Below, piece by piece: positions 20,017 to 28,931 of a DNA stretch of 64,000 nt. A program made the position numbers and the translations under genes. Where the stretch lies: the NCBI GenBank assembly GCA_947459245.1, contig CANHCV010000002.1, forward strand, positions 6,217-70,216, read 5' to 3'. The notes beneath the pieces were generated by a model. It was not told the DNA's origin, did no database searches, and saw nothing but the letters and a program-made list of their open reading frames with translations. Numbering within the stretch: the first letter of the stretch is position 1; the number at the start of each line of letters is the position of its first letter. The stretch is from Bacteroidota bacterium. Its GTDB lineage: Bacteria > Bacteroidota > Bacteroidia > UBA7662 > CANHCV01.

Positions 20017-20625
20017 TTAAACATTCGGGCGTTTCTCCAAACTGGTCACAAAATTGAATTTGTTGACCTTTTTTTCTTGGAAGATGTCGAAAACGCGCTT
20101 CACTACTGGATAGTTTGTTTCACGATCGCCTTTGATCACCGCTTGATATTCGGGATTAGAAAGGCGAGCGAACCAAATCCAATCAGCTAACTGATTATTG
20201 GTTGAATCGATGGGAATTCCAGGGGAATTTTTATCGTACTCGGTGCGTTCGGTATTCGACCAATTGAGGTATTCTTTCAATTTGGTCACAGGCATACCGA
20301 TGGTTTGAAGATTGGAGAACGTTTCCTTTTCGTCTTCGGAAAAGTTGATTTTGTATTTCTGTCCTAACTTGCCTAACAAATCTTTTCGATAGGTTGGTCC
20401 GTCACAATTGAAGAATACACGGCCCTTTACATCAACCAAAACTTGCATCATGTTGGATTCCATCAATTTTTCTTCAGAAACCGAAGATGGGGTATCCACC
20501 ATCACAGGCTCGTCTGGTTTAAATTGAGTGGTTAGAATGAAAAAGGTCAACAGAAGGAAGGCCACGTCGGTCATTGCCGTCATGTCTACTGCTGTGCTTT
20601 TTCTAGGTACTTTAACCTTTGGCAT
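20017..20625 (-). CDS. exbD: Biopolymer transport protein ExbD/TolR (second paralogue)
   Basis: ExbD signature MTAMTDVAFLLLTFFILTT. Confidence 0.85.
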   Translation of the reverse strand: MPKVKVPRKSTAVDMTAMTDVAFLLLTFFILTTQFKPDEPVMVDTPSSVSEEKLMESNMMQVLVDVKGRVFFNCDGPTYRKDLLGKLGQKYKINFSEDEKETFSNLQTIGMPVTKLKEYLNWSNTERTEYDKNSPGIPIDSTNNQLADWIWFARLSNPEYQAVIKGDRETNYPVVKRVFDIFQEKKVNKFNFVTSLEKRPNV

Positions 20626-20645
20626 GGTGAAGTGTGGTTAAAGGA

Positions 20646-21461
20646 TTACTTATTGTTAGCTGCAAACGTTTGAACAATGCTGAATCCAGCTTCTTCAATC
20701 GCGTAAGTTAATTTATCGATGCGGGTAGTGAACAAGTTGTACATGATGATAGCAATCGCTGAAGTTGCAATACCAACGGCAGTATTAACAAGTGCTTCAG
20801 AAATCGCATTCGCTAACTCACCAGAATCGTTGGTTTCTCCCAAGCTACCGAATGCCTTGATCATACCAATTACCGTTCCTAAAAGAGCGATCAAGGTACC
20901 GATGTTCGAAATTGTGGAGATGACCACCAAATTCTTTTCCAAACCTGGCAATTCCAAGGTTGTAGCTTCTTCCAATTCTTTTTGAATGGCCAACATCTTT
21001 TGTTCTTTGTCCATTTTATCTTCGGTCATCATCACCTGGTATTTGTGCAAACCGGCTTGTACCACGTTCGCCAAAGAACCACCTTGCTTATCGCATTCAG
21101 CAATGGCTTCAGCAATTTTACCTTCGCCCAACAACTTCTGGATTACGCGAACGAATGCATCATTGCCTTTTTTACCAGAAGATTTGGTAAGCGCCAAAAA
21201 TCTTTCAAATGAGAAAGTAAATACCAACAAGAATAAGGTCATCAACAAGGGTACAATGAATCCACCTTTGTAAACGATACCGAAATAATCACCGGGCATT
21301 GGTTTGTTGGAATTGATTCCACCTTCAAAGTGTGAACCGTCTCCAAATACCGTATGGAAGATGATTTCACAAACGATTAGGGCTACTGGAATTACCAAGT
21401 AAGCGAAAATGGTTGCTCCGTTTCCAGACTTTTGTTTTTTTGCTGCGTTTTGAGTGCTCAT
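20646..21461 (-). CDS. exbB: MotA/TolQ/ExbB proton-channel protein
   Basis: Conserved C-terminal TM region ...ISNIGTLIALLGTVIGMIKAFGSL...GIATSAIAIIMYN. The ATG at 21459-21461 is the likely start. The ORF-track start at 21521 is a TTG. Confidence 0.85.
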   Translation of the reverse strand: MSTQNAAKKQKSGNGATIFAYLVIPVALIVCEIIFHTVFGDGSHFEGGINSNKPMPGDYFGIVYKGGFIVPLLMTLFLLVFTFSFERFLALTKSSGKKGNDAFVRVIQKLLGEGKIAEAIAECDKQGGSLANVVQAGLHKYQVMMTEDKMDKEQKMLAIQKELEEATTLELPGLEKNLVVISTISNIGTLIALLGTVIGMIKAFGSLGETNDSGELANAISEALVNTAVGIATSAIAIIMYNLFTTRIDKLTYAIEEAGFSIVQTFAANNK

Positions 21462-21585
21462 TTTTTGTGTTTTTTGTAGTTTTTTCAAAATTTTGCCCAA
21501 AAATAAGTTTTTTTGACTCAATCACCTAACCTTTTTGGCGTCGATTCAAAAAATTATCTTTAGGTTAACGACGGCGGGTTTCGCC

Positions 21586-22755
21586 TTATTCCATAAGGGC
21601 GTAAAAAATAGAATCGCCTCCTTCCTTCCATTTCCACGAATAATTTTGGAAGATGAGCGATAAACCCAAGGAATTTTGCATGAATTCAACGATTTTTTCA
21701 TTTTCTTCTTCGAAGATGGAGCAAGTGACGTACATCAATTTTCCATTTTTTTCGAGGTGCTTTGACAAATTGGTGACAATTCTTTTTTGCCTTTCGGCGT
21801 GTTCGTTGAGTTTTTCAACCGTGAAATTGGACAAATGTTGCGGACTCCGAAGCCAAGTTCCGCTTCCGCTGCAAGGAACATCGGCCAAAATGAAATCGAA
21901 TTTCGAAGGCAGCGGGTTTTCTTCCTCCCAATTTTTAGTCAATATTTCAATGTTCTTGGAATGATTCCCCAAGCGTCCGCGGTAAGAACGAAGGATGTTT
22001 TCGCGTACATCGGTAGCGGTGAGATCAATGTTGGGGTTTGCTTCCAACAGCAAGAGCGATTTTCCTCCACTGGCGCAACAAGCATCCAAAACGGTTTGGC
22101 CGTTTTCCAATTTGGGCAATTCTTCCGCCCACGATTGAACGGCCAAATCCATCACCTCAAACCTTCCCGGTGCCCATCCTGGGGCATTTTCCATGGCCTT
22201 CGATTTTTTCAAAGTCAGGGTCTTCCCCTCTACGTTTTCCAAAACGCCTTCTTTTTCTAACCAAGCGGCAAATCCAAACTTTCCCGGCTGCATCTGACGA
22301 ACAAAGACTTTTCGGGGTGCAAAAAATCCTGCTTTCCAATCCAAGCCATCCAGTGCAGGCGAAAGGGAATGAGGGAAAAGGGGATTGGATGCCCAAACGG
22401 ACGATTCCCAACTCTTTTGGGGGTATTCCGAATTCCAAATGGAAAAGGCAACGGTGCAGGCTTCTTGCCAAGATAAATCGGCCAAAGCGTGCCTTAATCG
22501 GAGAGTACCGTACACCAAATCCTGAAAAACCTTCCGGTCTTTGCTTCCCATTTCGGGATGTTGTTTCGTGAAATTTTTCACTTGAAGCTCAAGCGGGGTG
22601 TCGGAATCGAGGGATTCTAGAAAAGAAGAAGCCCGAAGGATGCGTTTTTGTAAAATGGGATTATCGGTTCCTTCGGGAAATGCCATGCGGTGTAATTTGA
22701 AGCAATTGTACGTGTTTGTTGGAGTAATTAGCAGGAGTTTCAACCACCAATTCAA
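21586..22755 (-). CDS. NOL1/NOP2/Sun-family rRNA cytosine-C5 methyltransferase (RsmB-like). The start codon is uncertain.
   Basis: SAM-MTase motifs VLDACCASGGKS and DFILADVPCSGSGT. The 5' end overlaps the upstream gene, so the start is probably an internal Met. Confidence 0.7.
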   Translation of the reverse strand: MNWWLKLLLITPTNTYNCFKLHRMAFPEGTDNPILQKRILRASSFLESLDSDTPLELQVKNFTKQHPEMGSKDRKVFQDLVYGTLRLRHALADLSWQEACTVAFSIWNSEYPQKSWESSVWASNPLFPHSLSPALDGLDWKAGFFAPRKVFVRQMQPGKFGFAAWLEKEGVLENVEGKTLTLKKSKAMENAPGWAPGRFEVMDLAVQSWAEELPKLENGQTVLDACCASGGKSLLLLEANPNIDLTATDVRENILRSYRGRLGNHSKNIEILTKNWEEENPLPSKFDFILADVPCSGSGTWLRSPQHLSNFTVEKLNEHAERQKRIVTNLSKHLEKNGKLMYVTCSIFEEENEKIVEFMQNSLGLSLIFQNYSWKWKEGGDSIFYALME

Positions 22756-23698
22756 AGTCGTTCACCAATCGTTTTTTATCGGGATCGGTGAGGTGTAAAT
22801 CGAAATCGTTGGGGTATTTTAAGAGCAGCGTTCCCCAGAAAATTCCCGCATCGAAGCCGCGGTAAGCGAAATCGTGAGGATCGGTGAAGTAGCGTTCTTG
22901 GTATAATTTTCGGAACCACATCAAATCGCTGCGTTGGTAGTCTACAAACTTTTCACTGGTGTACAACAGCTGTACTTTTTGGAACAATTCCGCGTCGATG
23001 GAGCCGAAATTCATCCAATTGGGAAGCCCAACCACCACCACCGTATAGGCATCTGCCAATCCTTGAATTCGGTTTAAGGCATTGGCCACAAAACTTTGAT
23101 CGGCGCTGGGAACCAAAATGTAATTGATCATTCCCTTCTTCAATTTTCCTTCCAAAGGAAAACCCGTTAAATCGGTCCGTACCAATTCAGGAATCGTATC
23201 GAAACCGGCTACGTGCAACTCATCTTTCCACACTTCCAAGATTTTCTTTTCTTGAGGTTTGTTGCGGTGCAACAACAGCAGGTTTTTTTTGCCTGGAACT
23301 TGAAAGAGGTAGGAAGACATGGCCGCCAAGTGTTCCCGCATGGGCGCATTGAATTCGATGCGGGCGGCCCCATTTTTTTTCCCGGTAAAGAAGAACACTT
23401 TTCCTTGTTTGCTCAAAATCATCTCCACTTCCGTCCACGGTTTCATGGGTGCAATGGAATCGCCTTCCAATTCTTCATCAGCAACATCCAATTTGATGTC
23501 CAAACCTTGGTTGGCTAGGGAATCTAAGGCCAATTTTAATCCTTGGTAGAAGGCCAAGCCGGGAGTAGATTTCGGGCTCAACGAATCTCCTTTTTGCAAA
23601 TCGAGGTACAAAGGAGCCCGCAAAACCATGCGCAATTGAGCGGTGGATTTCCAAGAAACACAAATGGCCAAAGCCGCGAAAATAAAGGTCTTCATCAT
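22661..23698 (-). CDS. Hypothetical secreted protein
   Basis: A 345-aa ORF with a signal peptide MMKTFIFAALAICVSWKSTAQ. No family was recognised confidently. Confidence 0.5.
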   Translation of the reverse strand: MMKTFIFAALAICVSWKSTAQLRMVLRAPLYLDLQKGDSLSPKSTPGLAFYQGLKLALDSLANQGLDIKLDVADEELEGDSIAPMKPWTEVEMILSKQGKVFFFTGKKNGAARIEFNAPMREHLAAMSSYLFQVPGKKNLLLLHRNKPQEKKILEVWKDELHVAGFDTIPELVRTDLTGFPLEGKLKKGMINYILVPSADQSFVANALNRIQGLADAYTVVVVGLPNWMNFGSIDAELFQKVQLLYTSEKFVDYQRSDLMWFRKLYQERYFTDPHDFAYRGFDAGIFWGTLLLKYPNDFDLHLTDPDKKRLVNDFELVVETPANYSNKHVQLLQITPHGISRRNR

Positions 23699-24180
23699 GA
23701 GGTAAATTCCTTTCCAAAGGTACGTTGAAGATCGGCTAGGATTTCTCGAACCAACGAAGATTCGTACCCTTTGGTGTTCATGTACTTGTGAATTTTGGAT
23801 TCTTTTTCCAATGGTTTTTCTCCAAAGAGGGAAGCGTGCTTCTTTTGAATGAGTTTTTCAGCGGTTTTGTAATAATCGTCGAGGTCGATTTCTTTTAATC
23901 CCAGGGCAATGTTTTCTGGGGAGATGCCCTTTTCTTGCAGGGCTTTTCTGATTTTCATTTTGCCCCAATGTTTGATTCGGAATTTTCCACCTGAAAAGGC
24001 TTGGGCAAAACGAAGGTCGTTTTGGAAGTTTTGTTCTTGGAGCGATTTGGCAACGATGAGGATGCTCTCGTAGGTAGCGTCAAGGGTTTCTAACTTTTGG
24101 GTGACTTCCTTGTAGGATCGTTCTTGGCGGCTGCACCAAAGCGCCAAACGCTTGAAGAGTTTTTTATCTTCCTCTTTCAA
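23695..24180 (-). CDS. recX: Regulatory protein RecX
   Basis: About 160 aa, helical, with RecX-like repeats (LALWCSRQERSYKEV..., ...KIRKALQEKGIS...). Confidence 0.7.
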   Translation of the reverse strand: MKEEDKKLFKRLALWCSRQERSYKEVTQKLETLDATYESILIVAKSLQEQNFQNDLRFAQAFSGGKFRIKHWGKMKIRKALQEKGISPENIALGLKEIDLDDYYKTAEKLIQKKHASLFGEKPLEKESKIHKYMNTKGYESSLVREILADLQRTFGKEFTS

Positions 24181-24181
24181 A

Positions 24182-24763
24182 TCATTGCAATTTGTAAGAA
24201 ATAGGCAATCGCATGACGGTATTTACCGCTTTTCCATTTTGCATTCCAGGCGTCCATTTCGGCATTTTCTTGATGGTTTTCAAAGCAGCATTGGATAAAA
24301 TTGGGCTAGGACTTTTTAAAACGGTAAAATTGCCACAAACTCCTGTACTGTAAACATTAAATTGAACAAAAACGCGTCCTTCAATGCCTTGTTCTTTTGC
24401 TTCCTCAGGGTATTCGAGGTTCTTTTGAAGCCAAGCCATCAGGGCATTTTGTCCGCCCGGGAACTCCGGCATCTGTTCAGCAATTTGAAGAACTTCTTGA
24501 TTGGAGGTGTCTTGAGGCGAGGTGGCTGATCCTTCCGTTGGAACTTGTTCCTTGGGAAATTCAATCGGTTTTGCGTCATCGATGAGTAGGATTTCCTGTG
24601 GTTTTGGAGGATCCATGATGTTTTCAGGTGGAGGTCCAGGCACTTCGGTTACCACCATGGTTTTTGATGGTGTTCCTACCATTAGTTTTTCTAAAGGGTC
24701 ATTCTTGTGGCTTTTACATCCGAAAATCAACGGAAGAAAGGCAATGCAGACAAACTTTACCAT
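24182..24763 (-). CDS. TonB C-terminal-domain lipoprotein (TonB family)
   Basis: Lipobox LPLIFGC, a Pro-rich linker and a C-terminal TonB fold (MPEFPGGQNALMAWLQKNLEYP...GRVFVQFNV). Confidence 0.7.
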   Translation of the reverse strand: MVKFVCIAFLPLIFGCKSHKNDPLEKLMVGTPSKTMVVTEVPGPPPENIMDPPKPQEILLIDDAKPIEFPKEQVPTEGSATSPQDTSNQEVLQIAEQMPEFPGGQNALMAWLQKNLEYPEEAKEQGIEGRVFVQFNVYSTGVCGNFTVLKSPSPILSNAALKTIKKMPKWTPGMQNGKAVNTVMRLPISYKLQ

Positions 24764-25800
24764 ACAAACTTCAATTGAGGATATTTGGCTAAACTATCCA
24801 AGTTGGATACTTCCCGGAAAGTGGGAGATTGCAGATAATAATTGGCATCGATTCCGGTATCTTTCAAATTGGTTGGAATGCGAATGCGGCTGGAGAAAAT
24901 ACCGGCCGTGGGATTCCCTTTTTTACTAACAATGTTGGTGAATGAAGGTCGATCTTGAACGATGGAAGTACTGGGCTGATTGATGTTGATGAAGGTAGCC
25001 AAATCTTGTCCTCCAACGTGAACGATGAATTCAATCCCTTTGAGTTGGCGATTGATCGTATCGATTTTTGGAAGGGATTGATTGAGAAATTCAATGATCT
25101 CCAACCCATTCAAAGAATAGGTGAACAAGCCCGCAGAATTGATGAATAAGTTTTTGTAGATGGTGTAATCTACATATTTGAATTCGTTGGTTTGGGTGGG
25201 TTGATCGGGATCGTACTGGGTGTAGTGCACGCGAGCGGTCATTTCGTGAATTTTACCGTTGGCGGGGGTGGTGAATTTGATGTTGTTGGTTTTTCGACTC
25301 ATGCGAATAACCCCCGGAATGCGAGCGGGTTCACTGAGGGCAAAATTGTTCACCATTTTGGTTTCGGAAGTAACCTCATCGCCCGATGGCGTAATGGCAA
25401 CCACTTTGTACATTTTGGTAACATCCAAACGTGCTTGGGTTTTGTAAAGAACTTGGTACTTGTTGCCGAAGAAACCGGAATCTTTAGGAACGGTACGGTC
25501 TTCTTCCAAAGGGAAACTGCGACTTAAAATCCAATTGTTGCCCGATAAAGCGTACTCTTCCAAACGCGCATTGAGGTTGGGGTAGTAAAGTGAATCTTCC
25601 ACTTTTGCCCCTACCGAAGCACCCGTTTTAGGGTCCAAATACCCTTTGGTAATGCGGAAAAAATGAACCGAATCGTTGGCGTTCAAAAGGCCCCAAACGG
25701 AGGTAACTTCTTTCCAATCTGCCGCAATTTTCAAATCGTTGTTGCAAGAAGAAAACAGGCTAGCGATTAAAAAGATGGCCAAAAAGTTTTTCAAAAATTT
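24757..25800 (-). CDS. Hypothetical lipoprotein
   Basis: The lipoprotein signal MKFLKNFLAIFLIASLFSSC begins at an internal Met. The ORF-track start at 25905 would overlap the divergent GGGPS gene. Confidence 0.5.
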   Translation of the reverse strand, partial: KFLKNFLAIFLIASLFSSCNNDLKIAADWKEVTSVWGLLNANDSVHFFRITKGYLDPKTGASVGAKVEDSLYYPNLNARLEEYALSGNNWILSRSFPLEEDRTVPKDSGFFGNKYQVLYKTQARLDVTKMYKVVAITPSGDEVTSETKMVNNFALSEPARIPGVIRMSRKTNNIKFTTPANGKIHEMTARVHYTQYDPDQPTQTNEFKYVDYTIYKNLFINSAGLFTYSLNGLEIIEFLNQSLPKIDTINRQLKGIEFIVHVGGQDLATFININQPSTSIVQDRPSFTNIVSKKGNPTAGIFSSRIRIPTNLKDTGIDANYYLQSPTFREVSNLDSLAKYPQLKFVW

Positions 25801-25870
25801 CATCAGCATAACGACAAAGATAAGCCGAGAATGTTGCAATAAAATGCAAAATTTGTTGCACCTTTGTAAC

Positions 25871-26620
25871 ATGTCTGCCATTTTAAACCACCTTGCGCAA
25901 CTCAAAGAAAATCAAGAGTCCGAATTGGTGGTTTTAATCGACCCCGACAAATCCGAGCAGAAAGCCATTCACCGATTGGTGGAAGGTTGTTTGCAAGCTC
26001 AAATTTCCACCCTTTTGATCGGCGGAAGTTATGTTCCACAAGGGAAAACCGAGCAATTGCTGAAGTGGATCAAAGAAGTTTCTACCGATGTGCAATTGGT
26101 GCTTTTCCCCGGTCACCCCGATCAAATTTCTTCCCAAGCAGATGCTTTATTGTTGCTTTCTTTGCTCTCCGGAAGAAATCCCGATTACCTCATTGGCCAC
26201 CATGTTCAATCGGCCAATCGCCTTCGTGAAAGCGGCTTGGATTTAATTCCCACTGCGTACATTTTGATCGATGGAGGGAAAACCACGGCGGTTCAATACA
26301 TCAGCAATACCCAACCTATCCCGCCCCAAGAAATTGCGTTGGCCTGTTCTACGGCTCTTGCCGGCGAACAATTGGGAATGAAATTGGTGTACATGGATGC
26401 CGGCAGTGGAGCGTTGTTGCCCATTCCAACCGAATTGATCGAGGAAGTGAGCAAAACCACGGCTCTTCCTTTGGTGGTTGGAGGCGGAATGCGCACCCCA
26501 CGAGAACTACAAGATCGAGCCATTGCCGGTGCGCAATGGTTGGTGGTTGGTAACGCCCTCGAAAAAGACCCGGATCTTCTTCAAGAAATGGCCTTGGCCA
26601 TCCCTCAGCGTACCCGTTAA
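25871..26620 (+). CDS. Geranylgeranylglyceryl / heptaprenylglyceryl phosphate synthase family protein (PcrB/GGGPS homologue)
   Basis: TIM-barrel GGGPS signatures (LLIGGSY..., YMDAGSGA..., VVGGGMRTP). The ATG at 25871 removes the overlap with the divergent upstream gene. Confidence 0.75.
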   Translation: MSAILNHLAQLKENQESELVVLIDPDKSEQKAIHRLVEGCLQAQISTLLIGGSYVPQGKTEQLLKWIKEVSTDVQLVLFPGHPDQISSQADALLLLSLLSGRNPDYLIGHHVQSANRLRESGLDLIPTAYILIDGGKTTAVQYISNTQPIPPQEIALACSTALAGEQLGMKLVYMDAGSGALLPIPTELIEEVSKTTALPLVVGGGMRTPRELQDRAIAGAQWLVVGNALEKDPDLLQEMALAIPQRTR

Positions 26621-28866
26621 CGCCGCTTGATCAGCAATTTGGATCCCTTATTTTTCCACTGGATAAAGTACAAACCTTCGGGAATTCCACCCACTTCCAA
26701 TTGAGCCGATTCCCCCAAAGGAATCTCCCATGAATGAATGAGTTGACCGGTGAGATTGAACAGGTTGATGGGCGCTTTCGGCCCTTGGGGTTGAATGATT
26801 TCTACTCGATCGGTGGCCGGATTTGGGAATAATTGAAGTGGAGTTACCTCTTGTTTTGGGAGTTGTTTGGTGCTTAAAGAACCCGCACGATTCCTTAAAC
26901 CAATGATTCCTCCATTGTTGGTGCCTAAAATCAAATCGGGAAGCGAATCTCCATTCCAATCGGCAACGGCCATGCGGAAACCATCTCCAAAATCGGCCTC
27001 ATCCACCGAGGCACCGCCCAACGAATTGGAGTAATAAAAAACAGAATCGTAGCGGTGCAAAATCGTATCGAAAATGTTATCAAACAAAATCAAGCGACCA
27101 CCCATTTCACCCACGGCCAAATCCCACTTTCCATCGGCATTGAAATCGGCCAAACGTGGGGTCGTTCTCGCCGGAAAAATGCTGTTCAAATCCAATCCAC
27201 CAAGGGTATCCGGCGCATTGGCTTGAAAAATGGGTGCGGTTTTCGTACCGGTATTTCGGTAGTAAAATACATGTCCATCAATGTCTCCCGAAATCAAATC
27301 CAACAACCCATCTTTATCTACATCAATCAATTGTGGAGCTGCATCGTAACCCAATTGGATGTTTTGAAAGGTGTCATTCTGCAAGGTGAATTCCACTTTT
27401 CCAGCAACCAAAGACCCGGAATAATATTCAATCAAGCCACTCGAATTTCCTGCCAATAAATCGGGAATGGAATCTCCATTCAAATCTCCGAACGTTGGAA
27501 TGAGATTCTTTCTGTTCGTTTGACCGATGATGTTGGAATAATTGGTATCCAGCCAATGGTAGCCGGTTGCCCCATATTCCAAAAGTTGAAGCGCTGCTTT
27601 GTTGTTCGCATTTTGAGTAAAGATGAATAGATCCAAATCCCCATCACGGTCGTAATCCAAAAATTCTGGAGATGACCACCAAGGAAAGTCGAGCATAGAA
27701 GCCGGAAACCAATTGGTTTCGCGCAAGGTAAATGTTTCTGGAGACGTAGGCGATACAGCGGTGTTTTCGTAATACCATCTACTGTTGTACCCCTTCGATT
27801 TGTTGTCGAATGGGTTCACCACCAAATCCATTTTTCCATCTTGGTTCACGTCCACTCGGCTAGCATGCGGGTAAATGGACCCTTTGTAAGGAATTTGATA
27901 ATTGGGGAAAGACGTATCCAATCCACAACCCATCGAATCTACACCGGTTAAAGAGGAATTTTGGATAAAAATCAAATTGGGATAAGAAATGTCGGAAAGT
28001 AAAATATCGTATTTCCCATCTTTATTTTGGTCGAAAATGGTGAGTGTTCCTCCCGAGTGAGTGGTTTTTTCGGGTTTTTCTTCTTGGGCGCGAAGTCCGC
28101 ATGGGCAAGACCGTGAGGTGTCACGGAAACAATTGGCATCCAAGCAGAGTCGAAGGTCATTGGTGATGAAACTTTCTTGAAACCGGCCCCAACAATTGGA
28201 TGAAATGAGAAAATCAAGGGTGTCGCGCCGGTTATACCGATCCATGCTCAAGTTTTTGTACCAAATGATGGATGGCGAAAAAATTTCCCATGCCAAAACA
28301 TCTACATCCCCATCGCCATCAATGTCAACCACCTCAGCATTGTCGGTGGCATTCACGTACATGTTGGTAGGGAAGGGTGAAAACTGAGTTTTAACAGGAA
28401 TGGCTGCGGTTTTTAACGTAAAGATGGGATAGGCATTTCCGGCCGGGGTGGTGTTCCGAAATAGTTTGGTTTCTCCGTTGTTGTTGGTGAAAAGATCCAA
28501 CCGCCCGTCTCCATCGTAGTCGGCAAAATCTACCCAATCTTGTACGAAAGGGAAGAATTTTTGATACTGAGGAGCAAATTCGTATTGGGTTTGCCCACCC
28601 ATGTTTCGGTTGAGGTAAACCGAAAGGATGGAATCTTGCTTTTCAAAACTGACGATATCTTGAGACCCATCTCCGTTAACATCCATGTTGAAAAACTGAT
28701 TGCAGGTTGCCCCACCGTTCCAAGCCGCTTGGAGAAACAAACCGGAGGTATCGAATACCGGAAGTGGCGCTACTCGATCAAACAAAAAAGGAAACCGCCC
28801 CGATTGCGCCACTAAGAATTGAGAAAACAAGAGTAGAAATGCCGATAAAAAGAGTCGCTTCTGCAT
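26617..28866 (-). CDS. FG-GAP / VCBS-repeat beta-propeller protein with a T9SS type-A C-terminal sorting domain
   Basis: Many D-x-D-G-D / FG-GAP-like repeats (DVNGDGSQD, DYDGDGRLD, DIDGDGDVD, DYDRDGDLD...). The C-terminus is a Por_Secre_tail (LQLFPNPATDRVEI...LYFIQWKNKGS). Confidence 0.8.
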   Translation of the reverse strand: MQKRLFLSAFLLLFSQFLVAQSGRFPFLFDRVAPLPVFDTSGLFLQAAWNGGATCNQFFNMDVNGDGSQDIVSFEKQDSILSVYLNRNMGGQTQYEFAPQYQKFFPFVQDWVDFADYDGDGRLDLFTNNNGETKLFRNTTPAGNAYPIFTLKTAAIPVKTQFSPFPTNMYVNATDNAEVVDIDGDGDVDVLAWEIFSPSIIWYKNLSMDRYNRRDTLDFLISSNCWGRFQESFITNDLRLCLDANCFRDTSRSCPCGLRAQEEKPEKTTHSGGTLTIFDQNKDGKYDILLSDISYPNLIFIQNSSLTGVDSMGCGLDTSFPNYQIPYKGSIYPHASRVDVNQDGKMDLVVNPFDNKSKGYNSRWYYENTAVSPTSPETFTLRETNWFPASMLDFPWWSSPEFLDYDRDGDLDLFIFTQNANNKAALQLLEYGATGYHWLDTNYSNIIGQTNRKNLIPTFGDLNGDSIPDLLAGNSSGLIEYYSGSLVAGKVEFTLQNDTFQNIQLGYDAAPQLIDVDKDGLLDLISGDIDGHVFYYRNTGTKTAPIFQANAPDTLGGLDLNSIFPARTTPRLADFNADGKWDLAVGEMGGRLILFDNIFDTILHRYDSVFYYSNSLGGASVDEADFGDGFRMAVADWNGDSLPDLILGTNNGGIIGLRNRAGSLSTKQLPKQEVTPLQLFPNPATDRVEIIQPQGPKAPINLFNLTGQLIHSWEIPLGESAQLEVGGIPEGLYFIQWKNKGSKLLIKRR

Positions 28867-28931
28867 AAAATCAAAATTACATGGAAAGTTGTTCCTTGAA
28901 ACGTAATTTTGGAAAAAATAATTGTCACAAT

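Noticed and set aside
25676-25870. The N-terminal 65-aa extension of the GGGPS ORF
   Set aside because: It overlaps the 5' end of the divergent lipoprotein gene. The ATG at 25871 gives a normal GGGPS length of about 250 aa.
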